DNA from: Convolutriloba macropyga
Taxonomy: Eukaryota
Direction: 5' to 3'
DNA: 64,000 nt
NCBI RefSeq assembly: GCF_964194025.1
Contig: NC_134480.1
Location: 33,418,001-33,482,000, forward strand
Part shown: one piece after another, positions 1-13,632 of the stretch
Numbering within the stretch: the first letter of the stretch is position 1
Layout: every line of letters starts with the position of its first letter
Made by a program: the position numbers and the translations under genes
The notes under the pieces: model-generated
Database searches by the model: none
Told to the model about the DNA's origin: nothing
What the model saw: only the letters and a program-made list of their open reading frames with translations

Positions 1-462
1 AGCTCATAAAATCCTGTTTGAAATCTGTACGTGCCTTTCATGTCTCCGGTTATTATTTTGGAACTACCATGATTTGTTGTGTTAGGATCCAGATTTAATT
101 GGCCATACGAGTACTCTAAATCCAATGTAGAAAGATATGTCGTGTTCTGCGGTGCGGGAGCATTAATTTGTTGAGAAATAGATTCGATAAGCGTATCAAT
201 ATTAGGCATTTGATATTTGTTTATATGGGTAGCTTTATTTAATATTTTGGAATCCAGTGCAAGTGTAATTGTTTGATCTTTCTTTACGGTGACTAAAATG
301 GAAGATAAAATACTTGTCAGGTCCACTAGAGATTTTTATTGTGTGTTTTTCCTCTAATAATTTTTTCAGTTTCTTATTGAATTTATCTTGAAGATTAATA
401 GGTACGCCTCTACCATTTTGGTGTCTAGGTTGAAAATCTTTGTGAAATTTAGGATTAGCCAC
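1..462 (-). pseudogene. Gypsy pol fragment, reverse transcriptase N-terminal part
   Basis: ORF 235-462 reads RGVPINLQDKFNKKLKKLLEE. My translation of ~215 down to 1 gives KYQMPNIDTLIESISQQ...STLDLEYSYGQLNL...GTYRFQTGFY, matching Gypsy RT (Y.MP.ID, STLDL..AY.Q, G.Y.F). Confidence 0.85.
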
Positions 463-776
463 ATGATTTTTTGATTTTCCGATAAGCGAGATCAGATTAG
501 GAATTTTTTTTGCAATATGTTATTTGATTTCTTACGATGGAGAAATGTTTATGAATTGATTATTGTTACAGCTAAGCCCAGATGGTCAAACAAATCTCTA
601 CCAATTAAAAATTTTAGACCGTCCGCAACGACGGTGAATTTTGCCGAGTTTAATGTCCAGCCGTTGCTTTAATGGGGGTCTGTATTTTTCCTTCATTATG
701 AATCGGTTCTTTGAGAATGTTCTAAGTTGTGGGCTGACCTTCTCGTGAATGCAGACAGCAAATGGACTGCTCTTCA

Positions 777-1001
777 CTACTTGCGACGCGAGTGATCGAT
801 TGAGATACACGCGCTACCCGAGTCCCAGAGAAGAGTAATTGGAATGTTACCGATTTGGATGTGCATATTGAGAAGTTCTATCTTTGCTATGTTATTCTCG
901 ATTAGTCCAACCAAATTATCTTCCCTACTAGTGTAGTCAGATTCGTAGAGTTTTGTAAACCGAAGAAAATTTTGCTGAAGCTTCCGGGTGCAGTTCTTCA
1001 T
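777..1001 (-). pseudogene. Gypsy aspartic protease fragment
   Basis: IQIGNIPITLLWDSGSACIS carries the retropepsin D-S-G motif, between gag and RT. Confidence 0.8.
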
Positions 1002-1010
1002 CCACTGTAT

Positions 1011-1979
1011 TCATGTTTCCTCCTTGGGGTTTTGAGGTTTTACTTTCTTTTGTTTCCTGCAGAGTTCACCAAAATGTCTCATTAACCCGCAGTTTTTACA
1101 TGTTTTGCCCTTCAAGATGCATTTATCAGGGTGATTGGGTAGCCAGTTCCCACCACAATTTGAGCAATATAGTGGAGGTCGACTCTTCGGTTTCTGGAAA
1201 TTGTTCGAGAATGACCAATTTGATGATCGAGGGTTGTTTGGAAACTGAACTGCATTCACGCTGGCCCAGATAAGTGTCTTGTTATGCAGTTGAAATTGAA
1301 GCTGGTTTCGCATCCCGACTTCCATTTTGATAGCCAGTTCTAACGCCTGATGCGGCTGTACTGTTTGTTTGAGAAGTTCTTTTTGAATCTCCGCATCAAT
1401 CAAGTTGGTGATGAATACATCACGTATCAGTGTTTCCTCTTTATTTTCAAAGTCGCAACTTTCGGCTAATTTTTTTACCTTACCATAGTAGTACCGAAAG
1501 TGATGTTTCCAGTGCTTCCACAAACTTCCAAATATCTGCAGTGGATAATGTATCAAATATTATATGCGCGTTTTTACAGTTCAGATTCCAAAGTCCTCCC
1601 ACGCCGATGCTCAAGTAGAGAAATGAGATTGTTTTTTGATCCGCAAGTGGCCATGGCTTGTCTCCACACATTATGCAGAGTTTGATTAGACGTTGACATT
1701 TGTTTTGCCAATTCATTTTCCGCTGAGCGTTGCGGGCATTTCTTTCTTTTTCCGATTGTGCCGATGAACTCATTATTGTTTCCTCATATATGGGTTCCAA
1801 CGGGAGATCGACAATCTTATGTTTTGGTCCAAGTAATGTGTCGAGGATGGTATTCTCCTTTGCGAGCAGTGCCACTTTGTATTCTCCCAGCGATGAGGGG
1901 GATCGGGTGTCGGCTTGTCCCAAAAAGCGTCTATTCCGAGCGGTGTACGCTTGTTTGCTGACTGCGCCTTGTCAAACAA
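1011..1979 (-). pseudogene. Gypsy gag, frameshifted
   Basis: Overlapping ORFs 1773-1979, 1480-1923 and 1011-1556. LAESCDF...LIRDVFITNL...IQKELLK and Cys/His clusters CSNCG..H..KC and CKNCGLMRHFGELC. Confidence 0.8.
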
Positions 1980-2077
1980 TATTTGAATTCGAAAGTCACT
2001 TGCGATGCGCGTTAGCTTATTTTTTCCAAAGTATTATTCTCGGAACAAGATCTGAACTTAATTTGCTTTCGCTTACT

Positions 2078-2371
2078 TGCGGTGCGAGATACAAAGAGAG
2101 AGGAGCAGCTGATTTTGAATTAAGAAACTGAAAGTATAAACTGAAGTGCTTGTAAGCAACTGAAGAAGGTGTGATCAGACATGTCTGATCACGCAGCGGG
2201 AAATCAAGAAAGGATGAAAATGAATAAATTGAGACAACGAAAGAACGAACATGAAATGATAATGAAGGGCAAATAAATTGAACTAAATTAATTAAATCAT
2301 ATGAAATTTTACTGCATATTTAAATCATATGAAATAAATAAATGAGATGTAAAATATCCACGGGTATCACA
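2078..2371 (-). repeat. Putative 5' LTR of the Gypsy element
   Basis: The minus strand reads TGTGATACCC...CCGCA just upstream of gag. The partner LTR is outside the window, so the limits are tentative. Confidence 0.4.
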
Positions 2372-3104
2372 ACGCCGAAAATCAATTCAACTTCTTTTTT
2401 CCGTATTTTTTCTATCGAGTGATATTAAATTGACGCAGATGTGTTCCCAGTGTACCAATTTGCAATTGGTTTTATTCAGTAACATTCAGCTGATGTCAAA
2501 TTTTCATGTTAGTTACACTACTAGCAATCCTAGTCATTTTTAGGTTTTTGGCTCTATTTTTTGTTATTTCTCTAAAATCGTTACTGAGTATCTTCGAGAA
2601 TGTTCTCATTGGTTGGCAATGAGGAATAATTGCACCTAATGTTTTGAGCTCTTTCGTAGCGTTTATCGTGACTTTGACACTATTTGTTCTCAAAAAATTA
2701 GAATGATTTTGGAATTTTTCCAGTGTCTGTCCTACTTTTTGTTATCTTATCATTTTATCTTATCGAGGGCATGTCACATACGTTGCTGAAAAGGACCTTA
2801 TTAAATTGACTGATTTATTTTTATTGAAAACTAAGTAAGATCGATTAATTGTTTATAAGATATCTTATCGAATTTTTGAATTTTTGGTGTTCTTATTGTT
2901 CAATTTGTTGTCTAATCGCTCAATCTCGTTGGAGACGAGTGTCCTCAATTGCTATGGACGTCTCTTTCAGTTGTTTAAGTTAATAGCTATAGCATTTTTG
3001 ACAGATTTTATTGGTTTTTAAAGATGAATTAGTGACTAAAATTAGTCGCTGTTGTTTATAGCGTTCGTTTTTTTTACTTTGAGATTGTTTTCCAAAAATT
3101 AAAG

Positions 3105-5140
3105 AAGATTTTTAGTCTTGTATGTTTTGTCTGTATCTTTTGGTCATATTGCAGAGTCTGGAAGGCAATATTCTGTATTGATTTTTTTGTACGGTGTAGT
3201 AACTATGCTAAGGAACATTATTTTTATCAGTTGTTGTTCTTTTAGTAATTAAAACACCAAAACCCTTATTAAAATGAAACTTCTCAGTGTTTTCAGATTT
3301 TTTTGTTTGTCCTTATAGAGCCATGGGTTTTCAGTCTGTCTTAGAGTATAGTTATTTGTTATAGTCTTAACTAATAGCTTTATCTATTTCTGTCTGCATT
3401 ATACGGCAAGTTAATCAATTTCGCTGCTATTCCGCAGCAGTCTGCTGCTATGCTTTCAATTTCAAAGACAAAAGAGTGAAGGGTGTTGCATAACTGTTCC
3501 ATTTGAACTTTGGCTAAGCGTTTGGATAAATGTTTCAAAATTAAAACTTCTTTTCCGAAATGAACCAATTATGTTCTATAGCACTATTCATTTAATTTCG
3601 CTAGAAGAACAAAGCTAAAAGCAGCTACCCTACACACATTACACAGAGGTTTAGTTTTACTTCTGATTCCTCAGAGTATTACGAAGTTAAAAGCATACCT
3701 GTTTTATCTAACCTAACTCAAAAATTATCCAAAATCCAACATTGAACTTTGATTTATCAACGTTTGTTTATCAAATCACATTATTCTCAATTAAGTGTTA
3801 CAATTACAGTTTCAATGAAAACGAGTAGCAATATCACGTCTAGTTTTAGTCTAATCGTACTTTACTTTTTTGTTTCTTTTAACTTAAACAAAAGGGTTCT
3901 TAATATGAATAAAGAAAAATAATTAGTCAATGTAGTTTAAAGCGTTTGTTTTTATGACACTGGGATTGCTCTCAAAAAAATACAGAATAGTTTTTAGTCT
4001 TGCATATTTTGCTTGTTTATCTTGTGATTTTATTGCTTAGTCTCGAGAGCAACATTTTATATTGGCCGTTCTCGTACCGTGTAGTAACGATGCTAAGAGC
4101 CATTTTTCATGAAGAGTTGTTGGTTTTTATTATTTTTTAAGACTGTCTCAATTTTTTAGACTGTATCAATTTGATATTGCTGTAAACCTGTTAATTGTCA
4201 TGTCTTTAGTCAAGTCAATATTTGGATTGAAATTTAGGCGCTTGGCTAGGTTTGTTTTGTTTGGTCATCTGACGCCATTTTGAGCTCTATGTTTGTTCAC
4301 ACAGCAAAGCTGGAAATGTCAATTTTTCTAAATAATTTCTTTTTCTCGCTAACGGCGTTTTTTAGCGCGTAATGTTATTAATAAATCTGTCTGAAAAATA
4401 TTTTCCTGTGCTTGGCGTGATCAGATTTTGATCATGCGTGACTTATCTCAATCAAAAATTGAGCTTCCGTTTTAAAATTTAAGTATAGAGTGTTTTAGTT
4501 TAACGACAATAAAATACATTTATAATAAAAATATCGAATAAAATGGCCTCTGCGGAATGATTATTAACAAGCTTTACTTTTTAATCGTCGATTTTTTTAA
4601 TAGAATTATTTCAATGGCGTCGATAAATTTTTGAGTTTATAGCTTTACCTTTTTCTGTCTGTATTATACGGCATACAAATCTATTTCGCAATTATTCCGG
4701 CAGTCTGCCGGCTATGTTTTTAATTTCAAAGGCAAAGGGGAAGTTGTTTAACTGTTTCATTTGAATTTTTGTCTAAAAATTTGGCTAAATATTTCAAAAT
4801 TAAAACGTTTTTTCTTTTCAAAAAGAACCAATTATGTTGTAAAGAACTATTCATTTAATTTCACTAGAAGAACAAAGCTAAAAGCTGCTACCACATTCAC
4901 ACTACACAGAGGTTTAGTTTTACTTCTGCTTTCTTTGAGAGTAATCCGATTTTAAAAAATATACCTGTTTTTCTAATTGCACTCTAAAATTATTCAAAAT
5001 CCATCATTTAACTTTGATTTATTAATTTTTTGTATCAAATTACATTTTTCTCAAACAAGTTTAACATTTAAAGTTTCTTACAAAACGAGTAGCAATATCA
5101 TGTCTTTTTTTGATCTAGTCGTAGTTTTGCCTTTTTTTGT
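3105..5140. repeat. Degenerate direct duplication of a non-coding repeat
   Basis: ~3110-3250 resembles ~3990-4130, and ~3375-3870 resembles ~4640-5140 (both contain CTAGAAGAACAAAGCTAAAAGC and ACACAGAGGTTTAGTTTTACTTCTG). Confidence 0.7.
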
Positions 5141-8100
5141 AGGAATTAAGGGTGTGGGAACCGCATTGACAAAAATTATGCCATCAAGAACCAACCCAAG
5201 AGCCTAATGTCGGAACAGAGTCCTTTAATGTGTCAGCTTTTGGTATTTTATTGAATAATTTGAAGATGCATATTCGAATTTTTATGAGCGCGAATTTTTC
5301 TAAAGCACTAGTATAGCTGTGTAGTTGTTGACAGGAGCCTAATTAGAGTAACCCGGCGAAACTTCGCTTAATTCAGTTATAATTGTTCCGAATCCATGTT
5401 AGTGGGGTGGGGTTTGGGGGGATTGGAGGTTGAAATTTTGTTCACATTCGACTGGTTTCCGTTGTTTCCGTTAACATTTTTTTTTTTAAATTTTTTGTTC
5501 ATTTTTAGGTTAAAATAGTGAAAATAGATAACAATAGTGTGAATGGTTTAACCTTTACAGATCTTAGAAGTTGGCCAAGAATTTGCCAAAATTTCTTGGC
5601 CAAAACTTTGCCTCAAAAAAGCCTTTTTCGATGAAAAATTGCACCGAATAAGCCTCTTATACAAAATTTGTCGGAAATGCAGACCAAAGAGAACAGTTTA
5701 CACAAAATTGGTTGTCTCAGATGAGGGCTATTATTCTGCGTACTATGAGGGTGTTCTAGAACTAAAATGTTTTTGCGATTTTAAATCGGTATTTATCCAA
5801 AATACTTAATTTGTGTTTGCTAATTTTTTGCCAAAATATGTATTGCACTATGAAATGGTACAAACACGTGACCTTAATAACAAACAGTGATCTTATGGCT
5901 ATATAATATTGTGTCATGCTTTTCAAATTTCGAAAATGGTTCAAATTTTATAGTGGTCCTGTCTTCTTTCTTTTTTAAAATGTTTACGGACTATTGTGGT
6001 TTTTTACATCTCTAACAGTCAAGTACGTTTTATATCAGAGTTCAAATTATACGGTGTCATATTTACATTCAAATAAGGACTAATAAAAAACCTTATATTT
6101 TAAGAGAAAAGCTCAAGATTTTTTTTATGGTTTTGAGTACGGTTTTTTGTCACATCTAATTAATTATTTACTTGCCTGCATTTGTCGTCCTCTATATTGT
6201 CTTTTGGCTAAGTCTCATTATTCAATTGGTTCCCAAAAATTTATAATTAAATTTTTTTATTGATTTCGGTTGATACCTAAAGTCTATCAAAATTATTTGA
6301 GTGATACTTAAGGGCTTCAAAAATTATTAGTGGATATTTAGACCGTGTAGCTTTTTAGCCTTATTTTTTCAACTTTTAGCTTAATCTTGTTACTGATTGG
6401 CCCATACTCTTCATAGAGAAACAAATATGATCTCTGTAGAGGTTTTATTTTTTAGACAATGGTCTTATCACTTTTATAGCTCGGTTTTTCAGGAATTTTT
6501 TTTGTTATATTTAAAAATTTGCTCAAATTTGATTTTTTTTGTTTTGTCACATAACAATAATGGGAGGTTAAGACAGCTTTGGCAGGAGGTTCAGCGAAAC
6601 ATATGCGATGTTCTCATGGATTAATAAAGTGCTTTAGTAGCTTCGACTCATTTTTCTGGTAAAATTTGAATTCATTCTTTAATATTTTGCCTACGTTTGT
6701 TCTTTTTGTAGTCGTGTGAAATTATCTGGATTATTTTTTAAGAAACTGTTAAAAAAATTAGTGTCATTAAAAGCAATTTGCATCCACTTCGTTGTGAAGC
6801 AAAATATAATGTCTCTTCTGATTTTGATATTGTAGCTGGTATTTTCATCACTTTCAATACGCGTTTTTCAATATTTTTGTTTTCTTTTGATAGTTTTCAA
6901 TATTTGTTGTTCTTTCTGTTTTTCTTCACATAGTTCCTTGATTTTCAACTGACCAATTAGAAGCGTTTAATTTTTTCAATTCATAGCTCTTATTGTAGTG
7001 GTTTCAACACAGTGTATGTTTGTATGTTTTTTGTGAATTTTTGTGGATTTTATTTGATGTTTTCTTTGTAATCTTATGATTTATTCTAAATAAAGATAGA
7101 TCCCGCTGGTTTCATGAAAAAATTAACATTATTTTTTTAAATATTTTTTCTGCAGAAAGATTATGGTATCTATAACTTTTGTATTCTTTTGGTTTCTAAT
7201 ATTTCTATGGATTTTTGATCTCTTCGCCTTATTTGCTTTCTTGTGATTTACGAAATAATTGATTAACTGCAGTTTCTCTCATGTTGTTTTGTTTTCGTTG
7301 TTAATTTTTTTTAAGAAATGGACGTTCAATTTTCGCCTTAATTAATGTTTGCTGTTTTCGTTGTAGTTTGTTGTTTGTCTTATCTCGTAGTCTCATTAAT
7401 ATTCGCTTTCATTGGCCCTGTGATGCTGCAATTGTTGGTCTATATAGTTGTTTGAATATATAAAACTTTGTTTTTAATCGGACATTAAATTGTTGGTAAC
7501 AGAATTCCTGTCTCTTCACGATTTGATGGAAAATTAAGTAAAAAATGTGGATAGGCGGAGTAGAAACTTTATATGCAAAAGTACATTACTGAGCCTCCCG
7601 TTTGTTTTAAACTATTCGTTTCCGTTGTTATAGGACTGAAAAAATCATATACTCATTTTCATCAGTTAATTCATGTTCATGTGGAATGGAATTAGCTGAA
7701 TTGTTCGACTGCGGGATCTGTGTTAGTGCGCTTAAGAAATCGAGGAGATCCGTTATCAGTTCGCACACAAAACACCCTCCACATGAAATTCCCTCAACGC
7801 TATCTCGACCGATGCAAAAAAAATGCTTTTTGCAGTTTATTAATAATCAGTTTTTTGGTCTAGGCATTGTCGAGGTGCTCACTGATAGGATAGTCAATAT
7901 ATTGTCAAGTACAACATTTTCAGTCTCAACATAGCGTATGTACAAACTTTTTGTTCCAGCTAAAGTTAACTTTGACCGTGAATTTTGACCGTGAGGCGAT
8001 AATAGTCTTTTTGCATATTCAGTTTTGTTCAATCAATGTTTTATAAATAACAATTTAAATATGAGCCTATTTTTTTATTCGAGATCATGACTAATGTATA

Positions 8101-11100
8101 AAGTTTTTTCATATAATATTTTATATGTGTATACTTGTTTGTATAAAGAAAAATATCTGTAGAAATAACTATTTCTAAGCTTTCTTTTGTGCCTCCCCTC
8201 GCATTAAAGTGCTTTACTAATTAGAGGTAAACTAATTAGAGGTCCAAAATGTTGTTAGTTTTAAGAAAATGTAATTTCTACTGGAGGTGTAATGTTACGA
8301 GGAAAGTTTTATCAATGATGTAAGATTTTAAGAAAGTTTTAGACTAAGTAAGTTTAAGATCCTAATTCTGGGAAGCTTATTGCAATTGGCGCTCAGAACC
8401 GAGCGAATTTCAGAAAGAGTGCAAGAAATTTGCTTCGTATGTTTATTATTTAAAGCTTATTTAAATTATTATTATTATTTACTATAGAAAAAAATTGAAT
8501 TGTATCGGGGTGCTGTCTTTTTACAACTTGAAGAGAGGTATAGTGATCAATGTTTTTTTTCAGTTTTTTAAGTATCACTAAAACAGGTAACAGGTCGTAG
8601 GAATCAATGCGGCTGGTTTCGGTCAACATGTTGAACAAGACTGCAAAACAGACAGAAGTTTTTTCGCCTCAAATGGTTTTTCTCACAAAAGTCAACAATG
8701 AATAAAGCGTCTGCAAATTTTCTTGGAAATTTTAGGTTTCTATAAGACTTTTAGATGAAATTTTGGTTTTTTTCATTGCAATTATAAAGGCTGTTTTTGT
8801 TTTATTTTTCTTACAGTTTCGATATTCCGTTTTGAATTTTTACGGTGGCAACTCGTCGTTCTCGTAGTTTAAATGTCCTTTTCTAATCATGAGAATCGGC
8901 TTTATGCCATTTTGTTGAAAACAAAAATTGATTAAATTTAGTCTAATTTCGGACTTTTTTGTCTCTTTTTGAAATTTGTTTCCTAGGTTTTTTGTTTTCT
9001 ATCTGCTTACCAGAATCATTGCATCGTAAAATTGTTAAATTTGATCTATTCTATGGATGTTTTTTTTATGTTAATAATTGGAGATTCTTCACTCCGTCTA
9101 AAATAGGTCCCATTCTTTAGATTAAATGAAGTACTTCTGTGTTTTACTCATTACTTTTTGTCTTTTTGTTCGTTTATTTTTTTAGTATGTCTTGAGACGT
9201 GTTGATAATCATTGATAAAACACATATATTCTCAGAACAATCATTAAACCCATTTTTGGTTGTCCCAACTTATAGAAAAGTTTTTTTAAAGTAATATAAT
9301 CAGATTTTGATTTTCTACTGAGGGTATTGTTCAGTTATTGGATTTGTTGTTACTTGAGCAAAATTAATATCAATTTAATCATCTCTGAACGTAATTGTTT
9401 TAGAGTCGACAACTGTACAGATTTAGAAGCAACAATTGTTTCCAGAATTTGTTTTTTTTTGTTTTCTTTCACGTTTAGTAATTTGCGATTCAAGGGGAAA
9501 TTTGGCTGTGATTAATGTCACGTTTTACTTTGAATCGGCATAGACTCTTCCCTAAAAGTAAATTTTAAAGTTTGAATTTTTATCTTCTTTTTGTTTTTGT
9601 TTCTTTTCAAATTGAGTAAAGGTCTGCAATCGAAGTCACGTTTTAGTCCTAATAGGTTTCAAAGTCTTCGTCTTCCGGCTACATTTTTCAAGACATGTTC
9701 GCGCATTTTCATGATTTGTGAATTCATATTGAGGCAATGATTTTGGTCATGACGTAACAAGAACTGAAGCAAAAATGCTCGTGGTTCTGTGGCGTGAATT
9801 TTTCTACCTCTAGTTTGTGTGTAGAGTATGAAAAGGGTGTTTGAACAAAAATTAACTTGCTCAATGGCGATTTTTTTTCTTTTGTGGCAATTTGACTTTG
9901 TGCGTTTAATTTTGTGTATTGAGCGGAATTTTGTAAACGATTATCAAAATCATTTCCTGGTGATTTCTGGATCTAGTTTTTGATCAGCCAATGAAAGTTG
10001 AATGAAAAGTCGAAACCTGCTGTTTTGAATGAAAAGTCAAAAAGTGGAAAAATGAAAGAAATTTACACGCAACTCTTTGAGAGAGAAAATATCGAAATTG
10101 GTGATCTAGCTGAGCTAAATTGTTGCTTTTTATCAGCAACAAAATCGGGCGTCTTAAGTAGTGAACACTTCTTCAAAATTGTACACTGAAAGTTTTTCTA
10201 TTTAATTAGGCCATAACTTGTGGTCAATGAAGAGCTCAAACAGTTTGCTTATAACGTATCTTCAAAGGTCCTTGCAATCTAGTACAATAATAGAATTATG
10301 GTGTCAGAAAATAGTAGTAGTCGGCGTCCGCAAGGCGCAAATATAATTGTTCTGGGTTAAACCGGTTTGGTCACTTAAGACAATGGAGAGGGGGGTGAAA
10401 AAGGATCTCCTGTTTCCTTCAAAATCATTTTTCCACAAAACCCTTAATTAGTAGCAGCAATACATTCCTGAAACGATGGTTTTCTAAAATTTGCGCGTGT
10501 GTGATTAATTTAAAGTCATTTCAAATTTATGACGTATAAAATAACCTATAACTTATTTGCGTCTGAAGGATTTGAAACCAAAGCGTTTAAGGGTACCTTT
10601 TATTAGGCCAACTCGTCTTCAAACTTTGACCAAAATTTACGACTTGAAATAAGCTCAAATTACTGGTAGACTAGAGGTCGGAAAAGCTGCAAATTTTATT
10701 GCCTGCGTTCATTATGGGCTTTATTGCACCATATTGGACTTGGATGTTTGCTTCGTTAGCCAACAATTGTGGTCAATATTTGACGGAAAGCTTTGACGTG
10801 ATTTGTGTGTCAAAATTAGATTTATAACTCGAAGAGAACTTTGAAAAAGCGGAGAAATTTATTTTCACGCGTAATTGCGTTTTTGTTCCTACCTGATGTT
10901 GGAAATTGTGCAAGTGAAGGCGCAAAAGCGTGAATACGGTTTAAAGCCACGTGAAATTTGTTGTTATTGGTGTCGTTAAGTTGCGAAAATGGTATCAAAA
11001 GGCGGTTTGTTCTTTTGAGGTAGTCTTTATAGCCAATTTTGGGATCAAGTGGTGATATTTTAGATATTTTATTCAATCAATATGACGTCTTTAACTTCAA

Positions 11101-11575
11101 AGCAATCTAATTGTAAAGTGTAACTAGTTCAAAGAATATAACTATAATATTATAACCTCTTTAAACCAATGTGCTTTTAACATGTTCATTTCTTTAGATC
11201 CTAACTTCACTTTATTTTATTTTCGCTAGAATTCGACAACATTCAACAACTTTTTTCTTTCTCTTTTACTTATTTTTTCACACTTGAGATAAAAAGTGAC
11301 TCTTAAATGACAACTTCAATAGTATGTGATCGATATCAAACAAAATCCCTTTCTGATTAATATTAAATCAACAAATCTTTTAATTCTCACAAATTTTATC
11401 AAGCTGTCAACTTTTATCTGACAAAGTTAAAAAACAAGTTTGATTTTTCTTCTTTCTTAACAGCAGTTCTTCTCAAAATCAATTCAACTTCTTGTAAAAG
11501 TTTATTGTAAGACGATTTAGTTTACAAAAGTTAGAAGCGAAGTTAGCCTAAAAAACTGCTATTTAGCCGCAAAAA

Positions 11576-12289
11576 ATGGAATTTTGTTTATATTTGACAA
11601 AAACATCCCTTTTTACAGTTATTATTTTGCAGTTTTTAAGTTCACTTTCATTAGCTTTTCCAATCGAACCACCAAAATACAATGAAACATTGGAACAGGA
11701 AGAAATGAATGCAAAACGAGTCGAGCTTGAGGAAAAATTTGGCTTCAGTTTCCAAAATTTACCGGACGAATGTATAATGTGGCTAACGTGTGAACTTCCC
11801 CAACGAACCGATTACGTCAGAAGGAAAATAAACGACCTGCCGTCTTGTCCATGCTCGTATCCAATCACGGCGATTGTTGACCCCGAACACGAGCTGCACG
11901 ACTCGGCACGAAACCAGTCGTTCAAATGGCGCGAAGCAGCTGACGTCATTGAAAATTACGGGCGAGATAGTTATGGGGTCGGGAAATGTGTTCGTTCATT
12001 TGCCTGGTACTCGGACCCGAGAAATTTGGGCTCTCGAGTTTGTTGTTACGACAGCAGTTTAAATTTGATTACACGTGGGGGCGCAGCGGGGGGTTATGAA
12101 CTCGTGTCGCCGGATCGGAACGCCGAGTATCACGAAATGCTGGATTATATGCCGTATGTTATTTGTAAAATGGATTGGCGTGCAGTGCAAACACAAATTA
12201 CCCCAAATAATGAACAGAAATGCGCCGAAAATCCGGATGATGAAACTTACAAAGCGCAAGTGAAAAAATTGGAAGAATCATTTTCATGA
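11576..12289 (+). CDS. Secreted AMOP-domain protein, isthmin-like (no TSP1 repeat), single coding exon
   Basis: Hydrophobic signal peptide. AMOP motifs LPSCPCSYP, CVRS, CCYDSSLNLITRG and LVSP. The C-terminus D.MPYVICK.DW...PNN.QKC.ENPDDE.Y..Q resembles isthmin. GC is higher than in the flanks and the 237-aa ORF is intact. Confidence 0.9.
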   Translation: MEFCLYLTKTSLFTVIILQFLSSLSLAFPIEPPKYNETLEQEEMNAKRVELEEKFGFSFQNLPDECIMWLTCELPQRTDYVRRKINDLPSCPCSYPITAIVDPEHELHDSARNQSFKWREAADVIENYGRDSYGVGKCVRSFAWYSDPRNLGSRVCCYDSSLNLITRGGAAGGYELVSPDRNAEYHEMLDYMPYVICKMDWRAVQTQITPNNEQKCAENPDDETYKAQVKKLEESFS

Positions 12290-13485
12290 AATGAACGATT
12301 GCCAAATTAAACTTAATTGAACTTTTAATTTGAATTAGAATTTGCAGAATTTCAATTTCCATTTTATCGTAGAGCTCTATTTTTGTAATGGAATATAATT
12401 GCAATGTTTTATTTTCATTTCTTTTTTGACAAAAAATGTGATGCAATATTTTAGCGCAGTGACCTAATTTCCAAGTTTCGCTTCAAATAGAACTGCGTTA
12501 GAACAAAATCTGATGAAATGTTTGGCCTATGATTATAATGACCCGAAATATATTTTTAAAACAAGCAAAAAATATCGTTGAAACTTGTGGCAAAGGAACT
12601 CATCTCCCGAGGAACAACAGAATTCTAGTTTGAAAAAACTTGATAAATGTTTTTCACAAATTGGTAAAAATTTGAGCGAGCATTGATTTTTTTCTATTTT
12701 AATGTATTTATTTATCAATTTAAAAAACAGTGATTCAAAATAGTGACAAAAATTCGTTTTAAATGGATGGTAGAATGGTAGACGTGATTACTGAACAATG
12801 AAATAAGTTTTCAGTAACACCAATGTTGAAAATTTGTTTAAAAAAATGTAGTGTATCTTTTAATTTTTCGTTTTTATTTACAATGAGCTATACTGAAAAT
12901 ACTTTAGATAGATGGTTTTTTTAAATTAAAAACAGTCCTTCTGAAAATTTTTAGAGCGATCTGAAGAACAACTCAAGTTCCGCAGGCACAGTTCTAATCT
13001 GTGTTAAATTGTTTTGGACCAACTAAAAAATTGAAATCCCAAAACATTAGACGAACTCCGATGGGACAAAAAATACTTCTTTAACAAAAAATTTTAAAGA
13101 AAAAAGTGCAATTTTAAAGACCGATTAACTCAAAGATCATATTCTCTTATGAGTTCAGTCCATCGAAGAGAGCTCTTGGTTCAAAAGAGAAACCTCCATA
13201 TCAGTTTTGCCCCAAAATACCGCATTAACGTATTTGAAAACCTGATTTCTTAAAAAAAATTTTTAAGAATTTTTTCAATGGTTCATTCTGTACAAATTGA
13301 ATTTGAATAGGTTGGTAAGGTTTAAAAAGGTCATTAAAAGGCCTCCAGTAACTTCCAGCGTATGATATAAAATGTTTTTTTTTGCAATTTTTTCCCCTTA
13401 AATGAGAGTTTTCTGTGATCCCTTTCATTTTGAATTATTATTAGGTAGCAAGTACCAAAGAATCGACTGTCAAATTCAACAAAAA

Positions 13486-13632
13486 CTTGCAAGAGTTCGT
13501 CGCTTATCTGGCAAAAATCTTACAAGATCGAAGCTTATCTTGCAAGATTCTTGCATATCCGACGGCTATCTGGCAAGATCTTGCAAGTGATGCATAATCT
13601 TACAAGACTTGAAGGGTTCTGGCAAGATAGCC
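13486..13632. repeat. Cluster of palindromic TCTTGCAAGA-like motifs, probably a non-autonomous DNA transposon remnant
   Basis: About 9 variants of TCTTGCAAGA / TCTGGCAAGA / TCTTACAAGA in ~150 bp. Confidence 0.55.

Larger units (their letters stand above)
1..2371 (-). mobile_element. Decayed Ty3/Gypsy LTR retrotransposon (5' part: LTR, gag, protease, start of RT); continues off the left edge
   Basis: Minus-strand order is putative LTR, gag with Zn-knuckle-like motifs, DSG aspartic protease, then RT motifs. Many stops and frameshifts. Confidence 0.85.

Noticed and set aside
5200-11500. Short ORFs in AT-rich DNA
   Set aside because: No motifs and low-complexity composition; treated as intergenic or old repeat DNA.
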